A stretch of 64,000 nt of DNA. It comes from a virus. Lineage: Duplodnaviria; Caudoviricetes. Location of the stretch: the IMG/VR virus record IMGVR_UViG_2901966883_000003; one strand, written 5' to 3'. Positions 8,482 through 18,324 of the stretch are shown piece after piece. Made by a program: the position numbers and the translations under genes. The notes below the pieces were generated by a model, which saw only the letters and a list, made by a program, of their open reading frames with translations, made no database searches and was not told where the DNA came from. Each line of letters begins with the position of its first letter. The stretch's first letter is position 1.

Positions 8482-8497
8482 TGTTTCACGTGAAACA
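8482..8497. promoter_or_regulatory. chromosomal-type parS (Spo0J/ParB site)
   Basis: Perfect palindrome TGTTTCACGTGAAACA. Confidence 0.8.
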
Positions 8498-9831
8498 TAT
8501 TATTTTAAATATAGTATTGTGTTATTGTGTGGAGTGTGGTATAATAGAGGGTTTGGTGTAACTAATTTTATTAATAGTGCAAAATATAAGTTATTCTTAT
8601 AGATACCATAAATTTTACTTATGAATGTATCTTCACTCTATTAATTTAAAGAATGCTTGATTTTATTCTGAAAACGCTTTCATTTTTAATCTTTTTCAAG
8701 CAGCTAAACATCTACTTTTTTAGCATTCATAAAATAACTAGAATTATTTTACATAGAGGAAGCCCCCTATTTATCTCAAATCTTTTAAATTTTGCACAAC
8801 CTTTCAGATACAGTAGCTCTCCCCACACACCCCAAATTCCTACCACACACCACAAATTCCATTCCCACACACCCCCATTCTAACTGTCTTACATTGCGTT
8901 TTTACTCCTAATTTAGCGGTGTTAGCAGCCTTAAAAGGCTATTCACCATCCCCTTCTTACATAAAATGATACTAACACCCCTTATTAAGCTCAAAAACAC
9001 TATAATCTCACACCTATACTTCTCATATCACTCATACACTACAACCAATACATTACATAACACAAATCTTATAATTCACAAACTCAATTCCAGCCATCAC
9101 AATCACTCCAATTATAATCTTCACAAAATCTTCACAATTTCCAGCTGCAAATTCACTCTACTTTTATAAAATATTTTGCTTTTTCATAGATTTTGACCTT
9201 TTTAGCTCGCTATAATTGCACTCAAAAATCACTCAAAATACAAGCTAAGACACATCAAGTTTTGTCTATAAATCATTGACAAAAGTCCCTGTGAGCTACA
9301 CCCTTGCAACAATACACTCGCAGCCACTCTACTGGTACGAAAATGGAAAGTTCTGATTTCTCTTTCATTCTTCCAAAAAATCTACCTTAATATGCCCATG
9401 TAAACAGTGAATTTTTCACTCACTCCAATTTACTTTTCTCCATACTTTACTATAACTTTATCTTATCTTTATAACATTATTACCTAGTTTTTATTCAGAT
9501 TTTATATTCATGCCTCTAAAATTACCCTTAATAAGCGACACATCTATATCTAGCTTTACAAGGTGGTAAACTTTATGTTTTTACCCCTAAAATCACTCAT
9601 TTCAGAAGTTATCATATTAGCCCCTTATTATCACGCTTACATTGAGTTTTCAAAACAAAATCCTAAAAATAGAATACCCACAAATGCTAAACAGACCTTA
9701 TTTATATGGTTTTTAAGACTTATATGACAATCACTCCCTTATCATGCGTTAAAATACCGTATGTAAATCTATAATGCTGCTTATTATGGTGTAATTCATG
9801 ATACGACTATGATATTGTTCCTTAATTAAGA

Positions 9832-10006
9832 CAAAATAAAAGACCGATACAAATTAATGTAACGGTCTGGAACTCAATTTAGTAACAAACTATGGAGTGT
9901 GATGTTACTAGTATTTTAAGACTAACTCTATAGGCAGAAGGGTTAGTCGGAAAAATATCACATTGGTGACACAGGCGGGCAAAAAGGAGAAAGCCCCTGT
10001 ATCACC
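9832..10006 (-). ncRNA. candidate small RNA with four hairpins
   Basis: Extended -10 TGaTATAAT (minus, 10011-10019); three hairpins; terminator-like hairpin 9841-9868 followed by a U-rich tract. Confidence 0.4.
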
Positions 10007-10032
10007 TTTTATTATATCACTATTTAGCTTGA

Positions 10033-10479
10033 TTAGATAGGTCTTAAGCTCTTATCTCTATCAAAATACATTCTGACAATATCATCTAACTTGTCGATTT
10101 TATACGCCTTAGTGTCGGGATGTGTAGTCCAATAATTCACCAATGAAAATGTAGCCTCGTTATCGTATTTGATATTCTCTACAATCTTATATCCGTCAAA
10201 CACTCTTCTTGTAAGGTCTTTTAACCTTGCTGATGTGTATCTCTTGTCATCTAATACTAATGGGTCGTCAATGTATTCGCATAAATCATTAAACTTCGCA
10301 CTCTTCTTGCTCTTGTTTGCGTCTAATTCCATATACGTATCAATCACTTCGTCGAAACGAACTAGGTTTTTACTACCACATACACAGCACATATTCGCAT
10401 AATCTGGGTTTTCTGTTCTACATTCTTTACAAAGTTTCATATTAACCATTCTCCCTAAGTAATTTCCTAAAGTTTTCAT
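10033..10479 (-). CDS. zinc-ribbon protein with ParA-partner-like C-terminal domain
   Basis: CKEC...CCVC; C-terminus aligns with 10980-11426; likely start at MKLCKEC (10440). Confidence 0.7.
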   Translation of the reverse strand: MKTLGNYLGRMVNMKLCKECRTENPDYANMCCVCGSKNLVRFDEVIDTYMELDANKSKKSAKFNDLCEYIDDPLVLDDKRYTSARLKDLTRRVFDGYKIVENIKYDNEATFSLVNYWTTHPDTKAYKIDKLDDIVRMYFDRDKSLRPI

Positions 10480-10843
10480 ATAAATCCTTTTCGTCTTGAG
10501 GTATATGATTAGACCAAAATTCTAACAACCATGCAATAGCTTCGTAATCGTATTTAACTTGTTCCATTCTCTTGAATATCGTTAAATCACCCTTAACACC
10601 TTCATTAACTTTAATATTAACAGCTTGATTTTGGTTCTTAGGTTTATCTTCGGTTACCTTATCTTCTGGTTCTGGTGGTAGAATATCTAAATCATTGCTG
10701 TCAAGCTGCTGCTCGCTAGGATTTATATCAACAACACCAAATGTTTCGGTTAGCTTATACGCACAAAATTTACAATATATTGAGTCATTATCGTTATTGT
10801 TATGACAATTTGGACAAATCATAGTTATACCTCCTATAATCAT
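10442..10843 (-). CDS. zinc-ribbon protein with ParA-partner-like C-terminal domain
   Basis: CPNC...CKFC; C-terminal KYDYEAIAWLLEFW matches KFDYEALARLLDFW of the adjacent gene. Confidence 0.75.
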   Translation of the reverse strand: MIIGGITMICPNCHNNNDNDSIYCKFCAYKLTETFGVVDINPSEQQLDSNDLDILPPEPEDKVTEDKPKNQNQAVNIKVNEGVKGDLTIFKRMEQVKYDYEAIAWLLEFWSNHIPQDEKDLYENFRKLLRENG

Positions 10844-10979
10844 TCGGTTTATACTAAAATTACAACGTAGTGTTAATTATATCGCTGTAATAGTTAATAT
10901 TACGTGATAATTACATGTAAGTTGTAATATATCTTAGGCTTTAATTAACTTATAACAACGTAGGAATAATTAATATCTG

Positions 10980-11426
10980 TTACTTAATCATATTCCTATT
11001 TAGTTCTGATAGTTGTTTGTATAAAGCTCTTTGGCTTTCATCAGCATTAGCTACCCAGAAGTCTAGTAGTCTTGCTAAGGCTTCGTAGTCAAACTTAATA
11101 CCTACAACAGACTTAAAAGCTGTTATGTCTGCTTTAAGACCTTTGTTAATTCTAAAGCCAGCTTGTTGGTTAACTAGATTCTTGCGTTGTTTCTTGGCAG
11201 CACCTTCTTTTTCCAAGATGTTCTTCTGCAATTCAACCATAGACATTTCGTTAACATCTTTTACTGGTTCTTTTTCTACTACCTCTTCTTTTTCCTCAGC
11301 CTTAACAGGTGTTTCTTTCACTTCTTGTTCTTCTTCCTTGTAAGCCTGTTGTGGAATAGAGTTCTTATCCATTTGCCTAGACTTAGCCATCTTAGTTAAA
11401 AATCCACTTTGTTTCTTCTCTGCCAT
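10980..11426 (-). CDS. putative centromere-binding partition protein (type Ib ParB-like)
   Basis: Directly downstream of parA; flexible N-terminus plus compact C-terminal domain. Confidence 0.6.
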   Translation of the reverse strand: MAEKKQSGFLTKMAKSRQMDKNSIPQQAYKEEEQEVKETPVKAEEKEEVVEKEPVKDVNEMSMVELQKNILEKEGAAKKQRKNLVNQQAGFRINKGLKADITAFKSVVGIKFDYEALARLLDFWVANADESQRALYKQLSELNRNMIK

Positions 11427-11442
11427 GATAATTCCTCCAATA

Positions 11443-12333
11443 TTATCCTAAAAAGTCGTTAATTCTTTGAGCAAATTCAGTAGATACTTTGCGGTATACG
11501 TTCAATACTTGAGTATCGAATCTATCATCTTCACCAATACCTTGAATATGGAATCTCTTTATACGTTCCATGTTAGGCACTACATCAGAAAATACTATTT
11601 CTTCACCCATGTCATTCTTTACTTGTTCCATAATAGCCAAATCAACAGAACCACGTCTGTTATTTAATACAGCTAATAGACCCAACAATTCGATAGATAG
11701 ATTATACTTAACTTTCAAGTCAACCAACTTATCTATATATACCTCAGCACCTTTTAGTGAACCACTTTGTGTTTGCAAAGAGATTAATACAAAATCTGCA
11801 AATACGATAGCATTATCTCTGACTTCACCAATTTGAGGTGGCATATCCAAAATAATGACATCATAATCTTTTGTTAATGGGTCTAACAATGGTTTCAAGA
11901 AATGACTTTCTTCTTCTTCTGTATCTGCGTGTTTGTATAGGTACTTAACAAATCCTTCAAAGTCTGCGTAGCTTGGCAGCAAATACAAGTTATCCTTTAT
12001 TCTAACTGGAAGGTCTGTTAAATCACCGTCAGCAATACCAGACATAATAGTCTTCCCTACCATAGGATATTCTGTTGATGGTGCTTTCCTACTTACAGCG
12101 TCCCTAATACCAGTATGTATTAATGTTTGACTAGCATTTGCCTGTGGGTCTAAGTCGATTACAAGTGTTTTAACACCATTCTCGGCTAATATATAGGAAA
12201 TCAAAGTTGAGTTAGCAGTCTTACCAACCCCACCCTTTTGATTACCAACAACGACTGAAACAGCCTTGCCTCTTTTTGCAACAACATCTTTTAGTTTATT
12301 AAATACAGTTTTATCGTACTCCATGTTTTTCAC
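11443..12333 (-). CDS. parA: ParA/Soj-family partition ATPase
   Basis: Deviant Walker A KGGVGKT, IDLDPQAN, YDVIILDMPP. Confidence 0.95.
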   Translation of the reverse strand: MKNMEYDKTVFNKLKDVVAKRGKAVSVVVGNQKGGVGKTANSTLISYILAENGVKTLVIDLDPQANASQTLIHTGIRDAVSRKAPSTEYPMVGKTIMSGIADGDLTDLPVRIKDNLYLLPSYADFEGFVKYLYKHADTEEEESHFLKPLLDPLTKDYDVIILDMPPQIGEVRDNAIVFADFVLISLQTQSGSLKGAEVYIDKLVDLKVKYNLSIELLGLLAVLNNRRGSVDLAIMEQVKNDMGEEIVFSDVVPNMERIKRFHIQGIGEDDRFDTQVLNVYRKVSTEFAQRINDFLG

Positions 12334-12360
12334 CTTCCAGTACTCCTATTTACATCTTTC

Positions 12361-12388
12361 ATTATATCTCTAAAAAAGTTTTTGTCAA
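12361..12388 (-). promoter_or_regulatory. parA operon promoter
   Basis: TTGACA-16-TATAAT on minus strand. Confidence 0.6.
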
Positions 12389-13099
12389 CTACTGATGAAT
12401 TAAATTTCACGTAAGATATATTAACTCTTTAACTCTTTTATCTTGCGTGAAAATTAACACTTTAACACCTACATGATATTATCACATAATATAAAATAAC
12501 TCTTTAACTCGCAGATGTTTTTAATTTTTATATCCTACGTTGTAAATTTTTAAAGAAATGCCTTTATATCAGTACTTAGAATTAGGTTAATTACAACGTG
12601 GCTTTATTTATATTATATCAACGTATATCTTAGGCTGATATAAACTCTTTAATCTATTTGACTGTTAGCTCCTAGATATTAATTAATTCATAATAACCAA
12701 CTATTAAAAATATAATTAAACTATATCCTTACCCTTGCTAAAGATGTAAAAAGTTAATTACTATCTCCTAATTTAACCCTACTATTCCGCTTTCTTTTGT
12801 GTTATATTGAACATAAGAAGTAGGGTAGGGCGGTTATATATACTACGTACGCTGCGTACATATCTCACATCTTATAACTCTCCGCCAGACTTCATATAAT
12901 CGCTTGTGAGCAACTTTAAAAATACATGAGTGTAATTAGCCAGACTTCGTGTAAAGTGCTCAAAACGATTTAAAACATGAAAAAACTTAACATGTCTTCA
13001 TTTTCCTGGTAAGATATATTATGCTAAAGAAATAACCCACGTAATTACCTTAGATAACTACGTGAGTATATATCCAAATAAATTGATAGAATTTTAGAC

Positions 13100-13197
13100 A
13101 AAAAAAATAACCGTTAGTTTTGGCGAACTACGGTTGATAAACAAATTAAATAAATCTATTAAATTATCAAATAGCTTACGTTTTGGCGAACGCAAGC
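13100..13197. promoter_or_regulatory. two TTGGCG-loop hairpins in rep leader (probable antisense copy-number control)
   Basis: Hairpins 13109-13135 and 13174-13197; A-run to the left makes a minus-strand terminator. Confidence 0.55.
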
Positions 13198-13472
13198 AAC
13201 ACAACAAAAAAAAAGAAACGAAGGTGATATTAAAATCATTAACCACAGAACGAAAATTATAAAGAAAACCTTAAACAAAAACAGAAGGGTATTCTTATAT
13301 GACTAACACTTAATAAAAATCAACTAAATGAAATCAGATGACAATCAATTAGGTGGAAATCAAAAAGTATTCAAATGTGATTAACGCTTCTTTATTGCGT
13401 TACCTATATTATAGCACATTGCTTTTTGGTTTTCATCATAAAAATACTTAGTACGGAAGAAGGAAAATAATT

Positions 13473-14522
13473 ATGATGGAATTAAAAGGCGAAGATACAA
13501 TGGGACGTGCATTCGTTTCTATAAACACAGATTTAGTTAACAATCCAAAGTATAGAAGTTTAGGAACAACAGGTTGGTTTTTATATTCCTTGTATGAACA
13601 ACGTCAACAAGTATCACAATATCATAGTTTGAACGGGGATAAGACATTTACAGACAACAATGGTGCATTTATCTACTTCTCCAATGAAGAGGCTGCAGAT
13701 ATCTTAGGTGTTTCTTTGCGTAAATTAACACAACTACGCAAGCAACTTATCGAATGTGGTCTTATTAAAGTAGTTCGTCATGGTTTAAGAAACTTCAAGA
13801 TTTATGTAAATCAACCAGAACTTACACCAGATGATGTTGAACTAAAAATGAAATGGTCTAACTTTAGTTTTGAAAAGAAAGAAATGGCTCAAAACGTTGA
13901 TACTACGCTAGTAGCAAATAATGCTAGTGACTACTCGCAAAATATGCCAATAAATCAATCTAACAATAATCAATCTAAATCTAATATTACAAGAGAAACA
14001 AATGAAACAGACACTCCCGCACAAAAATCTGGTGTACAACCTGTTTCTCAACCCACTGAACAAGATTTGGACGATATGGCAATTAAATCATTGGAAGAAA
14101 AGGTAGCTCCTGTATTAACTAAATCTACATTTGGACGTATTAAGACACTATCACAAGGTAGTTACAGCAAAGCTAAGTGGTTTGTAGACACTATCTTCAA
14201 GGCAAAGAGCCAAGTTGAAAGCAAGTTATTATCTAGTGATACATGGTTGTATTCACCAGCAAGTAAGGACGCTACACGTTTTGAAACTAATGAATTGTTG
14301 TCTAAAGGGTTGGAATCTGCATTATTACAAATCGCTGAACATGTATATCGTGGCAAAGAAACTATCAGAAATGCCAGCAGCTTTATCTATGTTTATATCC
14401 GTAACTTCATGGCTAGTGCTGTAAGAAACTACATCAAAGACAACTATGAACTCGTAGAAGATGATGAAATTGAATTAAATATGCTCATGAATTTCAAAAC
14501 ACCAGCAGCTTTTGTAGCCTAA
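13473..14522 (+). CDS. repA: RepA_N-family plasmid replication initiator
   Basis: LVNNPKYRSL...LYSL...FIYFSNEEAADILG...KQLIECGLI...KIYV pattern typical of RepA_N; adjacent par locus. Confidence 0.85.
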   Translation: MMELKGEDTMGRAFVSINTDLVNNPKYRSLGTTGWFLYSLYEQRQQVSQYHSLNGDKTFTDNNGAFIYFSNEEAADILGVSLRKLTQLRKQLIECGLIKVVRHGLRNFKIYVNQPELTPDDVELKMKWSNFSFEKKEMAQNVDTTLVANNASDYSQNMPINQSNNNQSKSNITRETNETDTPAQKSGVQPVSQPTEQDLDDMAIKSLEEKVAPVLTKSTFGRIKTLSQGSYSKAKWFVDTIFKAKSQVESKLLSSDTWLYSPASKDATRFETNELLSKGLESALLQIAEHVYRGKETIRNASSFIYVYIRNFMASAVRNYIKDNYELVEDDEIELNMLMNFKTPAAFVA

Positions 14523-14726
14523 AACACTAAAGTTTTATACCGAAAACGTGAATATATATTGACTTCTGTTTAATTTTTGATACAATAACAGGTATAGAGC
14601 GTTGTTAAAAATGACAATAAACAGTTTATGTATATGTGCGAAATATACATAAAAACATCAAAAGTGTTAAAAATAACTACGCTTAAATCACGAAAAACTA
14701 GCATAATAAGCTAAATTTATCTTAAA

Positions 14727-15635
14727 GTGAGGCATATCTATTTGGAACAAATTAGTAAAACAGAACGAAAAATCGATGCGATTAAAAGCAAATACAAAGT
14801 TGGAAAACCGAATGGTGTACTTGAAAGCTATTCACGCTTACCATTCTTTAAAATTCATAGGTTCTTCCTTGAAGCAGATGGTCGTGTTATCTACTATGGT
14901 GACGAAGGTAGATGTTTCTTAAAAATGCAAGATGTTGGTTTGTATTTTTATCTCAACATGATTGCCACAGAAAATGGTGTAGATAGTTTTTCAAGAGTTC
15001 AATTATTTAATAGTGACGAGATAAGAAACTCTATTAAGGATTTATTAAGCAAATCCAGTGGTGACTCACGTGCTTCAAAAACTATTCGTGACTCCTTTAT
15101 GAGATTAAAGGCTGCTGAATTAATAGTGTGTGACATTGATAACAGTACAAGCATAGAAAGTTACCACAATATCAAAATACCACATAAACATAATACGTAT
15201 AAAACTAAAGGGTTCTTCCGTTTCTACTATGTTGACATACAAAAAGCCATAGAGAAAATTAAAGACGGTGTGATAGACCTAAGTACTAGAGATTTCTTGA
15301 ATTTGCTAGGTGTTTATACAGTTTCATCATTAATATTCTATAACGAGCATGGGAGTAATTATCTTGGCAACGGTATTGTTACAGTTGACAGCTTTTCTGT
15401 GTCTAGGTATGCCAACAGAATTGACTTTACATTTGGCTTAAAACTAACAGGTGGTGTAAGAAAAAAAGGTGTAAAGGAATATATGGATATTTTAGAGGAG
15501 CTTGGGTTAATGGTATCTATGGGAGTGAACTCTAAAATGTACGAAAATCGTTTCACGCTTTATACATTTCCAAAGAATATTGGACAATTCTATAAGATTA
15601 TTGAAGATATTTATGAACAAATGGGTGAAGAGTAG
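14727..15635 (+). CDS. hypothetical protein, probable winged-helix DNA-binding or replication protein
   Basis: ORF track; motifs shared with 16012-16872. Confidence 0.6.
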   Translation: MRHIYLEQISKTERKIDAIKSKYKVGKPNGVLESYSRLPFFKIHRFFLEADGRVIYYGDEGRCFLKMQDVGLYFYLNMIATENGVDSFSRVQLFNSDEIRNSIKDLLSKSSGDSRASKTIRDSFMRLKAAELIVCDIDNSTSIESYHNIKIPHKHNTYKTKGFFRFYYVDIQKAIEKIKDGVIDLSTRDFLNLLGVYTVSSLIFYNEHGSNYLGNGIVTVDSFSVSRYANRIDFTFGLKLTGGVRKKGVKEYMDILEELGLMVSMGVNSKMYENRFTLYTFPKNIGQFYKIIEDIYEQMGEE

Positions 15636-16011
15636 TCATTAACATAATGTACCCTTGTTTATCAATTTTAAAAGTTTAGTAGGAAAAAAATCCTACTTAA
15701 AAAAAATTACGGTATTTAATTTGAACACAAAAGAAAATAAAATGTTAAAATTAACGACACTTATTTTTCTAAAACCGTTGATACGACTGGATTTCTAAGG
15801 GGAAAAGAAGAAAGTAAAAGAAGAAATATATAAACATAAGAACCTATAAATAGGTTTATAATATCTGGAATAGAAGGGAGAGATTAATATCTCTAAATAC
15901 TATACTACTACTCCTAATACTAAAAAATATATAGAAGCTACTACTCATTATCTTAATGCTAAATACTTTCACCTCTTAAAGAGAGGAAAGTATGACTATA
16001 CTAATTCTAGT

Positions 16012-16872
16012 ATGTTTAAACTACCTAAGATTAAATACAATAAATATGATGATATAACCTTATTTGATTTTGGAGTTTACACCTATATTAACTCATTAAC
16101 AACCAGATATTATGATTACACTAATTATATTGAAATGACTAATAAGAAAATGTTACTCCAAAGCATTAAGATGATTTTTGCCAAAAGCAATAATCACAAT
16201 CTTCGTATCATGCCAAAGGTAAAAGAAACCATTGACAAATTAGAGAAGTATAGACTGCTTGATTTTGAACGTAATAGGGTAGCAATACCTCTTGTACAAG
16301 AAAGATATACTTATATCCCACATATTGATATTGAGCATATCACCAATGCAATGCTTGAAACGAACTACAAACACATGAAGTATTTCGAGGCATTAGGTAC
16401 TTATGCGTTAATGTGTTCAACCAACTTCTCAGAAAATACTAATAGGCTTAACTCATCAGCAAATGGTATTGTCATTGCCCCACGTTCAGTAAGAGCTTGG
16501 ACAGCAGCGAAGATTAATGTAATTAAGTCTGATATTCCAAGCAAAAGGAAGCTGGATAAGGAGGAGCAAGACAAGTATTCAAATCAAGTCATTGATAATG
16601 CTCTTGACTGGTTAGAAGATAACAATCTCGTAGCAACTGTTCATATTTACGACTATCATCCCAAATTCCAAGATTTTAGAGAAACAACCTACTACACTTC
16701 ATTCAGAAACATAGAAGGCTTATATTATTTTTATGAAACATATGCTAATTCAGAGTATAATAAGTATATAAAGCTGGATGAAGTTGACGCAATGAAGAAC
16801 TATAACGGTTCTGTAAACGTCATAACAGAAGAATACTGCCAGCAGATGAACGATATTATCCAAACAATCTAA
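16012..16872 (+). CDS. hypothetical protein, probable winged-helix DNA-binding or replication protein
   Basis: ORF track; distant paralogue of 14727-15635. Confidence 0.6.
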   Translation: MFKLPKIKYNKYDDITLFDFGVYTYINSLTTRYYDYTNYIEMTNKKMLLQSIKMIFAKSNNHNLRIMPKVKETIDKLEKYRLLDFERNRVAIPLVQERYTYIPHIDIEHITNAMLETNYKHMKYFEALGTYALMCSTNFSENTNRLNSSANGIVIAPRSVRAWTAAKINVIKSDIPSKRKLDKEEQDKYSNQVIDNALDWLEDNNLVATVHIYDYHPKFQDFRETTYYTSFRNIEGLYYFYETYANSEYNKYIKLDEVDAMKNYNGSVNVITEEYCQQMNDIIQTI

Positions 16873-17057
16873 GAGTCTAGAGTATAAACACTATAACATG
16901 TTCGAGAGTAGCCCTAAAATCATTTCTAAGACGTTTTAAATCATTTCAAGTATAATTATATTAAAAATGGTTAAGATGTCTTAAAACGTAAATTAAACGG
17001 TAATTCAAATTCAACAAATAAAACACCAAAACTTCATACCAAAATCGTGAATACATC

Positions 17058-17140
17058 TTGACTTTATTTAGATACAATGATATAATTAAGTTGTTAAATG
17101 CGTAAGGACACATTACTAATAGCGGTAGTGTGTCCTTTTT
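17058..17140 (+). promoter_or_regulatory. sigma-A promoter immediately followed by an intrinsic terminator
   Basis: TTGACT-17-TATAAT with TG extension; hairpin AAGGACAC...GTGTCCTT plus T tract at 17105-17141. Confidence 0.6.
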
Positions 17141-17262
17141 TGGTTGGTCTGAATGAATAAATAATAAGGTGGGTAGTTCCTAGTATTTTTAAGTTTGATA
17201 ATGATTTAAAGTCTTACGCTGATAAAGCTAAGTACATAGAAGATACATTTGATGTAAATAAA

Positions 17263-17841
17263 TTGAATAAAGTGGTAACTAATAAAGTTAAAGGTGGAGA
17301 AAACATATCTGACACAAGTTTTGGGAACTTCTTAGATGATGTAGCCAACTACCTTTTGGAAAGTAAAGACATTGACTCGGGTAGAAAAATTGAAGATACA
17401 TTCTACCGTAATGAAAAACATTATAAGAGTTCATATGCAATGGGAAAAAACACAGCTGTTGATACGGATTTGACTGAATGGAAGATGAATGAACAAACCA
17501 TTGAGGATAGCGTGTTAGATGATTACTCCAGTGTCAATGGTTACCTGAATAGATTGTTTAGCACAGATAATCTTGACAGAATGGAAATTAGAAAATTAAT
17601 AATGAACATAGGTAAACTCGAAAAAGTTACAAGTAAAGAGTTACTATCAGCATTTGAATGGTTTGAAGATGTTTTGAAAGATAGGCTTAGTGAAAAAGAC
17701 TTAGATTTCGTTTCTCTATTCAAAAAATACGACAAGATAGCTGATATTTCAAAAGAATTAAATGTATCATCACAAGCAGTAAGCAATAAGCTGACTAGAG
17801 TATGTGACAAAATTAAGAAAAATCTACAAGAAAAACAGTAA
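17263..17841 (+). CDS. sigma-factor-like (region 4 HTH) transcriptional regulator
   Basis: C-terminal IADISKELNVSSQAVSNKLTRV HTH; frame is open back to 17161, so the true start may be upstream. Confidence 0.65.
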   Translation: MNKVVTNKVKGGENISDTSFGNFLDDVANYLLESKDIDSGRKIEDTFYRNEKHYKSSYAMGKNTAVDTDLTEWKMNEQTIEDSVLDDYSSVNGYLNRLFSTDNLDRMEIRKLIMNIGKLEKVTSKELLSAFEWFEDVLKDRLSEKDLDFVSLFKKYDKIADISKELNVSSQAVSNKLTRVCDKIKKNLQEKQ

Positions 17842-17864
17842 GTAGGGTAGGTGGTGAGTGATAA

Positions 17865-18176
17865 ATGACAGAACAAATCATCAAAGATTGGCAAGTTCCA
17901 AGTAGGGAAGAAAGAGAAACGATTTTAACCTACGAAGAAGAAACTAATCAATGGCACATCTACAGTGATGTTCCAAAACATGCTCGAAAGTATGAGAAAT
18001 TCATTGATGAAAGTAAGAATCACAGAAAAGGCTACAATATCAATGGCGGTCAATTAGCAATGATAGATGGATATGTTATTGGTGGAAATGTTGGAATAAG
18101 AAAGAAAATGAGTGATAAAGAAAGAAAAGCAATTTCTGAAAGAATGAAAAAATTACGAGAAGAAAACAAGTTATAA
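17865..18176 (+). CDS. conserved phage hypothetical protein
   Basis: ERETILTY...W.IYSDVPKH and KMSDKERKAISERM pattern seen in Firmicute phages. Confidence 0.75.
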   Translation: MTEQIIKDWQVPSREERETILTYEEETNQWHIYSDVPKHARKYEKFIDESKNHRKGYNINGGQLAMIDGYVIGGNVGIRKKMSDKERKAISERMKKLREENKL

Positions 18177-18324
18177 TTCGTTCTAATTTCCAAAGAAATC
18201 AAGGCTGGGCTTTATTAGAATAACGTAACATACCTTTCAAGTATAATTATACTCAATCGGTGTGTAGTCCATAGAATGTACAATAGGTTGGAAGAAAGAA
18301 CATAACAGTAAAGGGTGTAAAGTA

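Noticed and set aside
8653-9169. Two His/Thr-rich + strand ORFs
   Set aside because: By-products of the C/A skew; no RBS or recognisable motifs.
16915-16995. Imperfect inverted repeat as a single-strand origin or primosome site (similar at 12895-12975)
   Set aside because: Structure is visible but too weak to assign a function.
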